Shown: positions 47,265 through 58,890 of the stretch, one piece after another | How the letters are laid out: every line of letters starts with the position of its first letter | Numbering within the stretch: position 1 is the stretch's first letter | Assembly: GCF_963921235.1 (NCBI RefSeq) | Contig: NC_086115.1 | Span: 39,804,001-39,868,000, forward strand | DNA: 64,000 bases | Direction: 5' to 3' | Source of the DNA: Mobula hypostoma | Taxonomy: Eukaryota | Notes under the pieces: model-generated | The model's input: only the letters and a program-made list of their open reading frames with translations | Told to the model about the DNA's origin: nothing | The model's database searches: none | Translations under genes and position numbers: made by a program

Positions 47265-49075
47265 GATCTGACTGCTACATCTATGAGAGGTACAGCTGTT
47301 TGTAGCTTCTTACAGACCATGTTAAGGAACTGTAGCTGAAGCTGGAGCGGGAGCTAGATGACCTTTGGCTCATTCAGAAGAATGAGGAGGTGACAGGTAA
47401 GAGGTACAGTGAACTTGTTGCACCTAAGTTAAGGGAAGCATGTAGCTAGGTGACAGTCAGGAGAGGGAAAGGGAAGAGGCAGGTAGTGTGGAGTACCCCT
47501 GTAGCCATTCCAATCATTAACAAGTATAATGCTTTGGATACTACTGAGGAGGAGGAGGATCTACCAGAGGACAACTGGGGCAACCAGGTCTCTGGCACTG
47601 AGTCTGGCTCCGTGGCTCAGAAGGGAGGGGAGGAGAAGAACAGTGTTGATAGGGGCAACACACACAAAGTGCTGGAGGAACTCAACCGGCCAGGCAGCAT
47701 CTATGGAAAAGGGTACAGTCAACATTTTGGGCCGAGACTCTCCATCAGGACTTCATCATGCCAGATGGTAAGTGTTGATAGGGGATTCAATAGTTAAGAA
47801 AACAGACAGGAGATTTTGTGGAAATCCCAGATGCTATGTTGCTTTCCAGTGTCCGAGATGTCTCAGATCAGGTCCACAGAATTCTAAAGGGGGAGAGTGA
47901 ACAGCCAGAATTAATATACAAATTCGTCCCAACAACATGGATGGGAAAAGGGAAGAGGTCCTAAAGGGAGAATATAGGGAGCTAGGTAGGAAGCTGAAAA
48001 GCAGGGCCTCAAAGGTGATAGTTTCTGGAGTGCTGCCTATGTGATGCACTAGTGAGGGTAAGAATAGAATGAATTTAGATTTGTGAATCACTGGATACTC
48101 TTCTGGGAAAGGTATGACCTGTACAAAAGGCTTGGGTTACACTTGAACTCAGAGAACTCGTATCCTTGTGGGCAGGTTTGCTTGATCTATTGGGAAGAGA
48201 AATGAGGGAAAAGGTTGCTGCGCCTTGGACAGCGATCTTTACCTCCTCAATGGCCACTGGAGAAGTGCCGGAGGGTAAGTGGCGGATGGAGTTCAATCTA
48301 GAAAAGTGTGAAGTGATTCACTTTGGAAGGTTGAAAACTAGAAGGCAGAATATAGGGTTAATGGCAGGATTCTTAACCATCTAGCGGTACAGAAGCATCT
48401 TGGAGTTCATGTGCAAAGAACCCTCAAAGTTGCAGTGCAAGTTGATAGTATATTTAAGGTGTATGGTGTGCTGATCTTCATTACTCATGGGGTTGAATTC
48501 AAAGCTATTAGGCAGCATTGCTGCACTATAAAATTCTGGTTATCCCACACTTGGAGTATTGTGTTCAGTTCAGTTCACTCATTATAGGTAGAATGTAGAA
48601 GTTTTAGAGAGGGTACAAGGAGATTTACCAGGATGCTACTTGGATTAGAGTGCATATTTTATGAAGATAGTCTGAGAGAACTATGGCTTTTATCTTTGGA
48701 GTAAAAGAGGACGAGATGCAATTTGCCAAGTTGTACTAGATGATAAGAGGTATAGATAGAGTGAATAGTTAGAGACTATTTCCCAGGGAGGGAATACACG
48801 GGCTAATACAAAGGGACATGTTTTGGAGGGGAGTATAGCGGGAATATCAGAGGTAATTTTTTGTTTACAGTGGTAGGTGTTATGAATGCACTGCCAAGGG
48901 TGATGATAGAGGCAGATGCATTAGAAACTCTTTCATCACATAGATGAAAGAAAATTGGAGGGCTATGTGGGAGGGAAGGGTTAAATTAATCTTGGAGCAG
49001 GTTAAAGGGTCAGCGCAACATTGTGGGCAGAAGGGCCTGTATTGTGCTGTACTGTTCTATTTTCTGCATTTTATG
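47265..49075 (+). mobile_element. Internally deleted CR1: ORF1 esterase fused to the ORF2 3' end
   Basis: ORF1 'VTVRRGKGKRQ..TPVAIPIINKY..LIGDSIV..KVIVSGVLP'; then 'AIFTSSMATGEVPE' joined directly to 'KWRMEFNLEKCEVIHFG'; tail 'gaagggcctgtattgtgctgtactgttctat'. Confidence 0.85.
47656..47770 (-). mobile_element. 115-bp PLE terminus with degenerate hammerhead, 14-bp TSD
   Basis: Perfect TSD agtgttgatagggg at 47642-47655 and 47771-47784, interrupting the CR1 ORF1 'VLIGDS' codons. Confidence 0.92.
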
Positions 49076-50554
49076 TTCACAATCTGAGGTTGCTATCTTT
49101 GAGGAGGCACAGTTAAAGATGTTTTCATTGCAACTGATTCTGCTCATTGTTGACTTAGTGGTAAAATGTTTCTCTGAGTACTGAAGTTTTTTTGTCTAAC
49201 TACACAGAAAATGTCTCGCCCCATCCGTGTGTATTCATTCACTACATGCCATTTTGAAACAGAAAAGGCATTTTGTGCATTGTCCTTCAGACTGTTTCTT
49301 TACAAGTATAATACTTCAAATAGTTAAAAGACAATTGAAAGACAAAGCTATATATTTAGTTTATTCAAATTCCTGATTTAACACCTGCTTCTCACACATT
49401 TTTATCTTCAATACAATTAAATGGACCCCTAGATCATAATCAATAGTTTCACTGAAGAATTATGTAGAATTTTTCTGAATTCAAAAATTATTTTCAGGAA
49501 GGTGGTATCATTGGCAACCCTAGCATCCCTCTCTCATCCCTATTTGCGTTGAAGAAGGTGATAGTAGGCTTTACAATCGAACCTCTACAGTTTGTGTAGT
49601 TCATGCTGTTCTCAAGAACAGTTACACAGTGGCATCGGTTTTCAGATTCCAGGATCTTGATCCAGGGTCAATGAAAGTCCCAGTGAACGGTAGAAGGAAA
49701 CATTCTTTACATACAACTGCAGTCCTTGTTTTTCTGGCTGGTGGAAGTTGGAGATATGGGAGCTCCTGAGAGGAAAACACCAGGAGTGAATAAATACAGA
49801 GAGACACTCATGAGCCAGTTGTATTATTCCCTGAGCGCTGTTGTACTCAACTGAGAAACAAGAACCTTCCTTGGGGGAAACTCAGTGAGCATAGGGCTGG
49901 TAAACTGTGACTTCACAAACTCACCAGCTTCACAGTGCACACAGAATAATTGATATGATTTCTGGCACTGCTGATTCTGACAGAGAATGTGTGGGAGCAT
50001 CATTAGCAGCCTAAAATGAATGTATAATGATCCAGCAAACAGAACTCCAGAATGAATGCAGTTCACCGCTAATGCAAAAAGCTCTGTCATTTGGAATAGT
50101 TTTACGAGGTCGTGAGCTAGTTGCCCTGTAGGAAGACCTCATTGATCAGGACTGCTTTCCATTTATTTGTAATGCTGATTGGTTTCAGTTTACCCCTCTT
50201 GCTAGGCTACAACAAGGTTTGGTAGGGAAATCAAAAAACACTGATATACGTTGCCCAAATCTGTAGTCGTGCTATTAAAAGCAATGAGTTGGCTTTAAAT
50301 TGTATTTTTATTATTAAAAAATACCGTGTTTCTATATACAGCATAATGAAGCAAAAACAAGTCATAATGGAGTAGAGAAGTTTTTTTCCCCCTCTAGAGA
50401 AGTTGGTTTAAGAATACTTTTGGAGAAGCAGAGTATATTAGGGAGCGGATTCCAGGGAATAAGGATGAGAGAAAGGAGATGGGGATGTGGAGTATTCTTT
50501 CATTTTGATGTGGCTGGATGAGATAAGGTCATGGACATTTATGTGCCCAAGGTG

Positions 50555-50557
<3 letters not shown>

Positions 50558-50590
<33 letters not shown>

Positions 50591-50745
50591 GCTGGAGGAA
50601 CTCAGCAGGTCAAGCAGTTTCTATGGGATTGAATAAACAGTTGACATTTCGAGCTGTCACCCTTCATCAGGACTGGAAAGGGGAAGAAGCCAGAATATGA
50701 AGGTGAGGTGAGGAAGGAATACAGGCTAGAAGGTGAAACAGGCAT
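50558..50745 (-). mobile_element. PLE terminal repeat with (CA)n-expanded end and hammerhead motif (50638-50675)
   Basis: Minus strand: caguc-CUGAUGA-agggugacagcuc-GAAA-ug-UC-aacug; (CA)~15 at 50558-50588. Confidence 0.85.
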
Positions 50746-51137
50746 AACAAGGTATAACTTTGGGAATGGATCTAAGTACCCAAGGACCCTATATGTGTAC
50801 ATTAGTTGCTCGAAGTTTTTTCAAGGCCCCTTACATATACAATGCACAGGGCAGAAGACTGGCCTACTGAGGCCTCTGGAGAACAACTGCCAACTTCAGA
50901 TTTAATCCATTTCTCCCACCCCAATGGCTCATTTCAGAATTATGATGAAAGTGGCAGTTTGTAAGTTTAAGCAGGATAAAGGTGAACTGCTCGATTTCAA
51001 ACAAGGTTAAGCCTCCAGTTTAAATATACAGTACCTTCTGCTTTTACTTCCTCCTGCTAACACCAGTGGTCCACGAGATAGAGCTGAATTTTCATCTAAG
51101 CCCAGTCTAGTGCCTTATCAAGTATCAGCCCTGTATA

Positions 51138-51674
51138 CACTCAGTGGCCACTTTATTAGGTACAGGAGTGGAACCTGGTGTGGCATTCTGATGTAGCCCT
51201 TCCACCTTGTGGTTCAACATGTTGTGCATTTAGAGATGCTCTTCTGCACACCACTGTTGTAATATGTGGTTATTTGAGTTACTGTTGTTTTTTAGTCAAC
51301 TTGAACCAATCTGGCCATGTTCCTCCTACCTCTCTCATTAAGAAGGTGTTTTTGCCCACATAACTGCTGTTCACTGGAGTTTTGGGGGTTTTCTTGCACC
51401 ATTCTCTAGAGACTGTTCTGCATGAAAATCCCAGGAGATCAACAGTTTCTGAGATACTTAAACCACCCCGTCTGTCACCAACAATCATTCCACAGTCAAA
51501 GTCACTTTGATCACTTTTCTTCCCCATTCTGATGTTTGGTCTGAACAGCAACTGAACCTCTTGACCATGTCTGCCTGCCTTTTTGCATTGAGTTGCTGCC
51601 ATGTGATTAGCTGATTAGATATTTGCCTTAACAAGCAGGTGTACAGGTGTACCTAATAACGTGGCTACTGACTA
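51138..51674 (-). mobile_element. Non-autonomous Tc1 element (transposase N-terminal HTH remnant), TA TSD
   Basis: TIRs cactcagtggccactttattaggtaca / tgtacctaataacgtggctactgacta; 'MGKKSDQSDFDCGMIVGDRRGGLSISETVDLLGFSCRTVSR'. Confidence 0.92.
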
Positions 51675-52204
51675 TACATTTGTTCAGTGTTTTGGAGAGC
51701 AATTTGATATCATGTTGCCAACACCTAAAAAGCCTAATCTGGTTAGGTGGTAACAAGCTCCAGTCCGGATGAGTTGGCATTTAGTACTGCTGTTATTAAT
51801 CATTTTAAAAGGCTCTTGCCCATTGCCTATTTAAATTATAAGTGTTAACTTATAATATGCATAATTACAAATGGTGACGCAACCTGGAAACCAGTGATGA
51901 TGCCAGTAAAGTGAACTGATTCATGATTGTCTTTTAGAAGGAAGTTCCCAGCCCTATGTCTGACTCCAATTCTCCACCTCTTGTTTAGTTGGTGGTTGAC
52001 TCTTGTCTCTCCAAGCTGACCTCATGAAGGCATCAGATCACTACCACCATGTAATTTATGTGGGAGTTCTTTTTGTGACAGTCTGTCCTGCCCCAAATAT
52101 AATAGATCAGGAAGAGACGTGAAGTACTCCCAAAATGTGTGTTTATTCCACTCTATCCAACTATACAGTCTATGTGTACATATGTTATAAGTATATCATG
52201 TTTC

Positions 52205-52505
52205 CTTACAGCAAGGAAGGGGGGCATTTCAGCCAGCTCCTTGTCCTGCTAATCTCCCTGGTTATCTACTGTTCCCATATTCCCATTAACTGCCCTCAGA
52301 TTCTACCATGAACATACGGATAGGGGGCAACTTATAGTGGTCATTTATCCGACCAACTTTGGGATAAAGGAGGCAAATGAAGCGTCCAGGGAAATTAAAG
52401 GATGCAGGGAGAAACATTTATTGGGAGAGTGTGCAAACTTGTTACAGAGGGAAGGCATTGAATCCAGTCACCCTGCAGCTCTACTGGCTGTGTACAGTGC
52501 TGCCT
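52205..52505 (-). mobile_element. V-SINE-like SINE, old
   Basis: 'ggggcaacttatagtgg..ctttggga..ggaggcaaa..gagtgtgcaaact..gcattgaatccag..gcagctctactggctgtg'. Confidence 0.6.
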
Positions 52506-53214
52506 CTTAATATCTGCTTACACTATACGTTAGCTAAAGGGGAAAAATAACCACTATTACACTAGTGGAAATAAGCAAAATAAACCCAAATATCTTCATC
52601 TCTGGAAGGAATTTAAAATGAGTCTAAGGATTTTTAATTCAAGTCATGCCTTCCACATTTATGAGGGTTTTACTGTATTCCTTTTCAAGCATTCCATTAT
52701 TTTCCTATGGCTTTGTATCCTTCTCTGCAATCTGGAGCTTTCAGTTTGAAGATATAAGGATGAATTGTAGGTCTGTGTGCCCTTTCTAGGCAAACAAATT
52801 CTAGATATAGCAATTACTTTACTGATCCTCTGGAACACCTGAGACCGATTATGCTGATTCAAGCCTAATGCTAAATAAATTAGCTAAGACAGAAGTTTAA
52901 TTAAATTACAATGTGCTGTATTAGTTATTCAATAGTGTCTTTACCCTTAGGGTGCATTTTGCTGTAAATATCTCCCAGTTTAGTTTTGTCATTACACTGG
53001 TACTCAACCTGAGCTTTAGTTTTCTATTAAATATCTGCTGGAACACAAGGGCAACAGGTAAGTTCTGGAATGGGAGTGTTGTGTCCGTGTCAACACTAGA
53101 ACTAAAGCTTAGGTCTTTGATATCACAGACTCAGTTTCATTTTAACAGAGGATCCTTTCTCTTCCCAAAGCCCACAGATTTAGTGCCATAATACACCAAC
53201 AGAAGAAGGCAATT

Positions 53215-53872
53215 ACACACAAGGGATTCTGCAGATGCTGAAAATCCAAAGTAACACACACAGAATACTGGAGGAACACAGCAAGTTAGACAGCATCAAT
53301 GTTTTGGACCAAGACCCTTCATCCAGGCAAGAAAGGAAGGGTGAAGAAGCCAGAATAAGAAGGTGGGGTAGGGGGAGGAGAAGGAGTACAAACTGGCAGG
53401 TGATAGGTGAAGCCAGGTGAGCAGGGAAGCTGAATGAGTGGAGGAGGAGAACATAGAATAGTACAGCATATTACAGGCCCTTCGGCCCACAATGTTGTGC
53501 CGACCCTCAAACCCTGCCTCCCATATAACCCCCCACCATAGAACATAGAACAGTACAGCACATTACAAGAGATGAAATGAGAACCTGGGAAGTGGGAGGT
53601 GGAAAAGGTAAAGGATTGAAAATGAAGGAATCTGATAGGAGAGGACAGTAAACCATGGGAGAAAGGGAAAGAGGAGGGGCACCAGTGGGAGGTGATAGAC
53701 AGGTGAGGAAAAGGAAAGGAGCAAGACAGGAGCCAGAATGGGGAAAGGAAAAACAGAGCAGGGGGAGGTGAGAGAAATTACCAGAAGTTAGAGTAATCAA
53801 CACTCGTGTTGTCAGGTTGGAAACTTACAGACAGAATATGAGATGTTGGTCCTTCAGCCTGAGAGTGACCTC
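53215..53872 (-). mobile_element. PLE pseudo-LTR + EN C-terminus, with nested CR1 tails at ~53451-53567
   Basis: 'cacaagggattctgcagatgctgaaaatc', purine-rich body, 'ttaccagaagttagag..tcaggttgga'; the nested piece has two 'catagaa..gtacagca' starts. Confidence 0.85.
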
Positions 53873-55545
53873 AGTAATTAGACAACTGTAGCACCCAAGA
53901 CAATAAATAGTCCATGGTACAGACGGGATGCTGAGTGATGTGTAAGGTGATCATAATCTTTGAAAGAGAATTACAGAGCAGCGATGACATATATCTTTCT
54001 TCTATCAGCAGAGGATCACTCCTCCTCTCTTCTTGAATAAAAAAAGTCTTGAGAAAAGTAACTAACCTGGATCATTTACATTCTTGGTTCTGTCTGTTCT
54101 CAGCTATCCCAGAATGCTTTGTGACTTTGGTGTGGCCAAAATCATGAACTGCTATTTCCTTAACTTCTGATTCACTTCAGACTTTGACAATGCAGTAATA
54201 GTGAATTCACTCCAGCTTATGGTGTGAATTAAAATAGTAATGAAGGGAGTATTGTGAGAATTGATCATTTATAATGATCATATATTAATTGATTATTTAT
54301 TAATGGATCATTTTACCCACCATCTCTTATTTTCCTTTGAGTTAAATTTGACTCAAGAATCAGGAGTATAAGAATTTTTGCAACTGGCAAATGCAAAAAA
54401 AAGGCATGACAAATAAATTATGAACTACGTTATCCTTAATAACAATGGACAGTGATTTATTGTGGCATAACGTATTAATGACAAATTCTGCTGACTTCTA
54501 CACTGTCAAGCATGATGTGTTGCCCTGGTAGTTTTATTCACAAAATAATAGATTAGCTGATGCAGTAAATATATATGCAGATTTAAAAACCAATATCTCT
54601 TAAGTTGCCAAAAATAAGAATTATTTTTGCTCTAAAGCTTAGCATTAAGTTACATTTTTTCAGCTCAAGATACCTTAACACCATAAATTATACACTAACT
54701 TATTTTATTAATTAACCCAGTATATGTATTGGATCCAATTAATAGATAGGGGTGCGGGATTGTAACCTAATCTGGTTTAGTTGGAAAGTGATGGGATCTA
54801 ATTGTCTGCAACCTCACTCACTGCTACATCTCAGTTTACTTCTATTGCGGTAAATCGAGAATATAGAAAGTGCAGGGTATAAAAAAGGCAGATGATTCCC
54901 ACTTGGCAAATTAGGTTACCATTACCCTTAGACTATTAAGCCTAACATGATGCTTCTCTTAAAAATTAATATGTTTTAGAATTGTGTGTAGAATCAATTA
55001 ATAAATAAAGTAATTTGCCTGAGTAATTCAGGTATACTTGTCCTGATCCATGTCTACTTTATCATTTGAAATAGAATAATTATGCCCCTCAAATCCACCG
55101 AGATAAAACTTCATATTGTGGAGTAACTAATGCACGTGCATAAACTAATGGGGAAGATTTGACTTCTGAAAGGCAGTCAAAATTATCGTTTAATATAAAT
55201 CACAGGACTTGCAGATTTTCGGCATCAATGAAGACCTCCCAGTGACTAAAATAAGCAAGCTTGCATTATTTCCAGGTTTTAGTGATAAGCAATCAATCTT
55301 GTCTGGATTATTAATGTAGTCTTAGCAAGACAGATCTGTAACAGAGTCCTAGGGTTTTCTTCCACAGAACGTTTCCCTTCCTGACAGACAAACTACAATG
55401 GAAAGCTCTCCAAATCTGGGTGCAGGGAGATAGAGATCCTTAGAATTTCTACTTTTGGCAGTCAGTTGCACAGTGGACAATTGCAAACAGAATTATACTC
55501 GTTTTGAGATTTGTCAGAAGATTGTGCTCAATCTTATTTGCATAT

Positions 55546-55834
55546 AGGCATCCGTTAGTCTAGTGAGACCATGGATTTGCGCCTTGGAAGGTTTCCAGGG
55601 AAGGGTTGTATGGAAGACCAGCAGTTGCCCATGCTGCAAGTCTCCCCTCTCCATGCCACTGATGTTGTCCAAGGGAAGGGCATTAGGGCCGATACAGCGT
55701 GGCACCGGTGTCATCGCAGAGCAATGTGTGGTTAAGTGCCTTGGTCAAGGACACAACACACTGCCTCAGCTGAGGCTCGAACTAGCGACCTTCAGATCAT
55801 TAGACCAACACCTTAACCACTTGGCCACGTGCCA
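55546..55834 (-). mobile_element. tRNA-head SINE with RTE-like tail, 11-bp TSD
   Basis: Minus strand: A-box tggccaagtgg, B-box-like agttcgagcc, central 'tgtccttgaccaaggcacttaaccacac'; TSD tatttgcatat at 55535-55545 and 55835-55845. Confidence 0.92.
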
Positions 55835-56710
55835 TATTTGCATATGGTCAACTGTAAAATGTGCAATGCAATTGCACAAGTTGGCATGTATCTTGGTCTT
55901 TCAAAAACAAAAGCTTTAAAATATTCATTGAGATATGTGAGTTTGGTAATCTGTTGCAGTTTAATTACAATAGCTAAAAATTGTCGTATCCCTGTTTGTA
56001 AGAGCATTTTAAGTACAGAGAAGGAGCTATGCAGAAATATATGTAGTGCTCACTTTAGTAGGTAAAGCTGTACTTGCTTGTTAATGCAAATACCTAATCA
56101 GCCTATCATGTGGCAGCAACTCAACACATAGAAGCATGCAGACATGGTCAAGACGTTCATATGTTGTTCTGATCAAAATCAGAATGGAGAAGAAAAGTGG
56201 TCAAAGTGACTTTGGCCATGGAATGATAGTTGGTGCCGGATGGGGTGGTTTAAGTATCTCAGAATCTGCTGATCTCCTGGAATTTACAAGCACATCAGTC
56301 TCTAGCATTACAGAGAATGGTGCAAAAAATAAACAAAAAATATCTAAAAATTGGCAGTTCTGTGAATGAAAATGCCTTGTTAATGACAGAGGTCCAAGGA
56401 GAATGGCCAGACTGGTTCAAAGCAACTAGAAGACAACAGTACCTCAGATAAGCATGTGTTACAACAGGGGTCCCCAACCTTTTTTGCATAGCGGACCGGT
56501 TTAATATTGACAATATTCTTGCAGACCAGCGGACCAGCCGATGGGGGGGGGGGGGGAGGGTGTTAATCATGACTGGAATATAGGTGATAAGTCACTTATA
56601 AGTGGCTAATACACTCAATTTCGTTTCTAATGGGGTTTATCTAATGAATTTAATATTAAACATACAGCGCATATTTTCCTCGCATGAGTATAGTGATAAG
56701 TCAATTATAA

Positions 56711-57043
56711 CAGTGGTCCCAAACCTCCGGGCCGCAGGCCGATACATTGCCATGAAGAATGCAGTGGTACAGTGGTGGCCAGAATGCATCCAGCACGTCT
56801 TTAAGAAAAAAGCCAAAATAAACAAGCTAATTAATTAGGTGCTGCCTGGCACGTAAATGCCGGCCCAGATCAGAGGCAATGCAATTGGCAATCGCCTCTG
56901 ATCTGGGTCAACATTTAAGTGCCGGGTGGCACCTAATCAATTAGCTTGTTTATTTTGGCTTTTTTTCTTAAAGATGTGCTGGGTGCGTTCCGGCCACCGC
57001 TGTACCACTGTATTCTTCGCGGCCCGGAGGTTGGGAATAATTG
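56711..57043. mobile_element. Almost fully palindromic ~330-bp hAT-type MITE, 8-bp TSD
   Basis: Starts cagtggtccc; arms mirror around 'gcaatgcaattggcaat' (~56877-56892); TSD aattataa (56703-56710) / aattatag (57044-57051). Confidence 0.88.
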
Positions 57044-57169
57044 AATTATAGGTCACTTTTAAGTCAATAGCATCATAACATTTTAAGTAACGTTTGGATA
57101 TTAAACACACAGCGCATATTTTCTTCGTATGAACTTATATAATCATTGCAACACACCAATATCGCTGAA

Positions 57170-57583
57170 TCAGTGGGAGCCCTGGGCTTGTTTCCCTGCA
57201 TCAAGACGGTCCCATCGAGGGGTGATGGGAGACAGCAATACTCGAAGGGGGTTCCTTATGTCCAGTCCATTACGCAATTTAGTTTTCATTGCATTCATCA
57301 CAGAAAACTCTGCTTCGCAGCGATATGATATTGGAAATGAAAGCAACGTTTTTAGTGCTTTCACGGCTACCTCAGGATATTCAGCCTTGACTTTGATCCA
57401 GAATGCCGGCAGAGATGTTATGTCAAACATACTTTTCAGCCCACCGTCATTTGCAAGCTCGAGGAGTTGATCTTTTTCCTGCGCTGACATGGATGATTCA
57501 ATGGAAAAATTCACAAATGGGTCACGGACCCATTCCTTTGCACGTCTTGGGTCACTGATGACCTCGCCTGTGTTGAAGTTCAA
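57170..57583 (-). pseudogene. hAT transposase C-terminal dimerisation domain remnant (Buster/Charlie, ZBED5-like)
   Basis: 'WVRDPF..QLLELANDGGLK..FWIKVKAEYPEVAVKALKTLLSFPISYRCEAEFS..KTKLRNGLD..QAQGSH*'. Confidence 0.92.
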
Positions 57584-58594
57584 CAGCGGGCGTCACAGGG
57601 AATGAGGAAAGGTTCAGCTGACTCATATCACTTCATATCGCCAAATTATATCGTTTCCTCGTGGCTCGCGGCTCGCAGCCTGGTCACACATGCTTTGCGG
57701 CCCAGTACCAGTCGGCGGCCTCGTGGTTGGGGACCGCTGTGTTACAACATGGTATATAAAAGAGTATCTCTGAACACACAACTCAGAAAACTTTGAACTG
57801 GATTGGCTACAGCAACAGAATAGCATGAACATATACTCAGTGGCCACTTTATTATGTAAAGGAGATAATCAAGTAGCCACTGAGTGCATATTACAGTATA
57901 GAAATCAAGTTTTTAGTAAATTCAACTAAAAATTAATTCAAAGGCTTTTAATTCATGCCTTACACTGGTATTACAACAAAAACTAACCATAAATATTCTA
58001 CTCAATGTGTCACATAATGCAATTGTTTCCAGGATGAATCACAGATCTCTGATGGAGTAGTGTGAATATTTACAAAGACTTTAAAGCATCCAATGGGTAT
58101 GAATTTGGAATCTAAAATAGCAACACATTTTAGCTCAAGCAGTGAGTAATAGCAAACTGATTTTGAAATTGATGGGAGACCATGGATGATTTGACCACAT
58201 AAAGCCAATATAAATGCTAGGTACTAGGAGCCAAATTTGCCCAGCTGTGCTTTTTGGCACTTATCTCTCAGCACTTTTCTTCTTCTTTGTGATCTACAAA
58301 CCAACTTACCCTTACCCATAATTTTAGATGAATGGGTATTGACAGCCACTCTGTCCTGTATTGAATGTTTTGATTCTCCAGATGTAAGTGTACATGTACA
58401 TTGTGTATTCAGTATGCTGCACCATAACATTGACCCTTTGTGCAATGCGGATAAAGCTCCTTTTTACAATGTTTCATGGAAGCAACTAAAGTAGAGAAAT
58501 CATCAGACATTTCCAGAGCTCATTATGTAATAAGACATCTGCCCATGCCTGCGCATATGAATTTATTTTTCTTCCCAATTACTTCACCAGAGAT

Positions 58595-58890
58595 ATTTTT
58601 ATTGTTTTATGGAGATACAGCACAGAGTAGGCCCTTGTGCTGCTTTGAGCCACGCTGCCCAGCAATCCCCAATTTAATCCTAGCCTAATCATAGGACAAT
58701 TTACAATGACCGATTAACATACAAACCAGTACATCTGTGGACTGTGGGCGGAAATCGGAGCACCCTGAAGAAACCCATGTGGTCACATGAAGAACGTGCA
58801 AACTCCTTGCAGCTTATGGCAGCAGGAATTGAACCTGGGGCACCTGTACTGTAAAGCATTGTGCTAACCACTGTGCTACTCTGCCACCCT
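58595..58890 (-). mobile_element. V-SINE-like SINE
   Basis: Homologous to 40897-41165 ('caatttacaatgacc.attaac', 'ggactgtggg.ggaaa', 'ggaattgaacc'). Confidence 0.85.

Larger units (their letters stand above)
56465..57739 (-). mobile_element. Internally deleted hAT (Buster/Charlie) transposon, 8-bp TSD
   Basis: TIRs caggggtccccaacc / ggttggggaccgctg; TSD tgtTAcaa at 56457-56464 and 57740-57747. Confidence 0.95.
56040..57886 (+). mobile_element. Non-autonomous Tc1 element (same family as 51138-51674), host of the hAT insertion
   Basis: 'MEKKSGQSDFGHGMIVGAGWGGLSISESADLLEFTSTSVS'; terminal TIR 'aagtagccactgagtg' at 57871-57886; left TIR degenerate. Confidence 0.85.

Noticed and set aside
55760-55834. 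tRNA gene
   Set aside because: The tRNA-like sequence is the head of a TSD-flanked SINE; same for 25461-25510.
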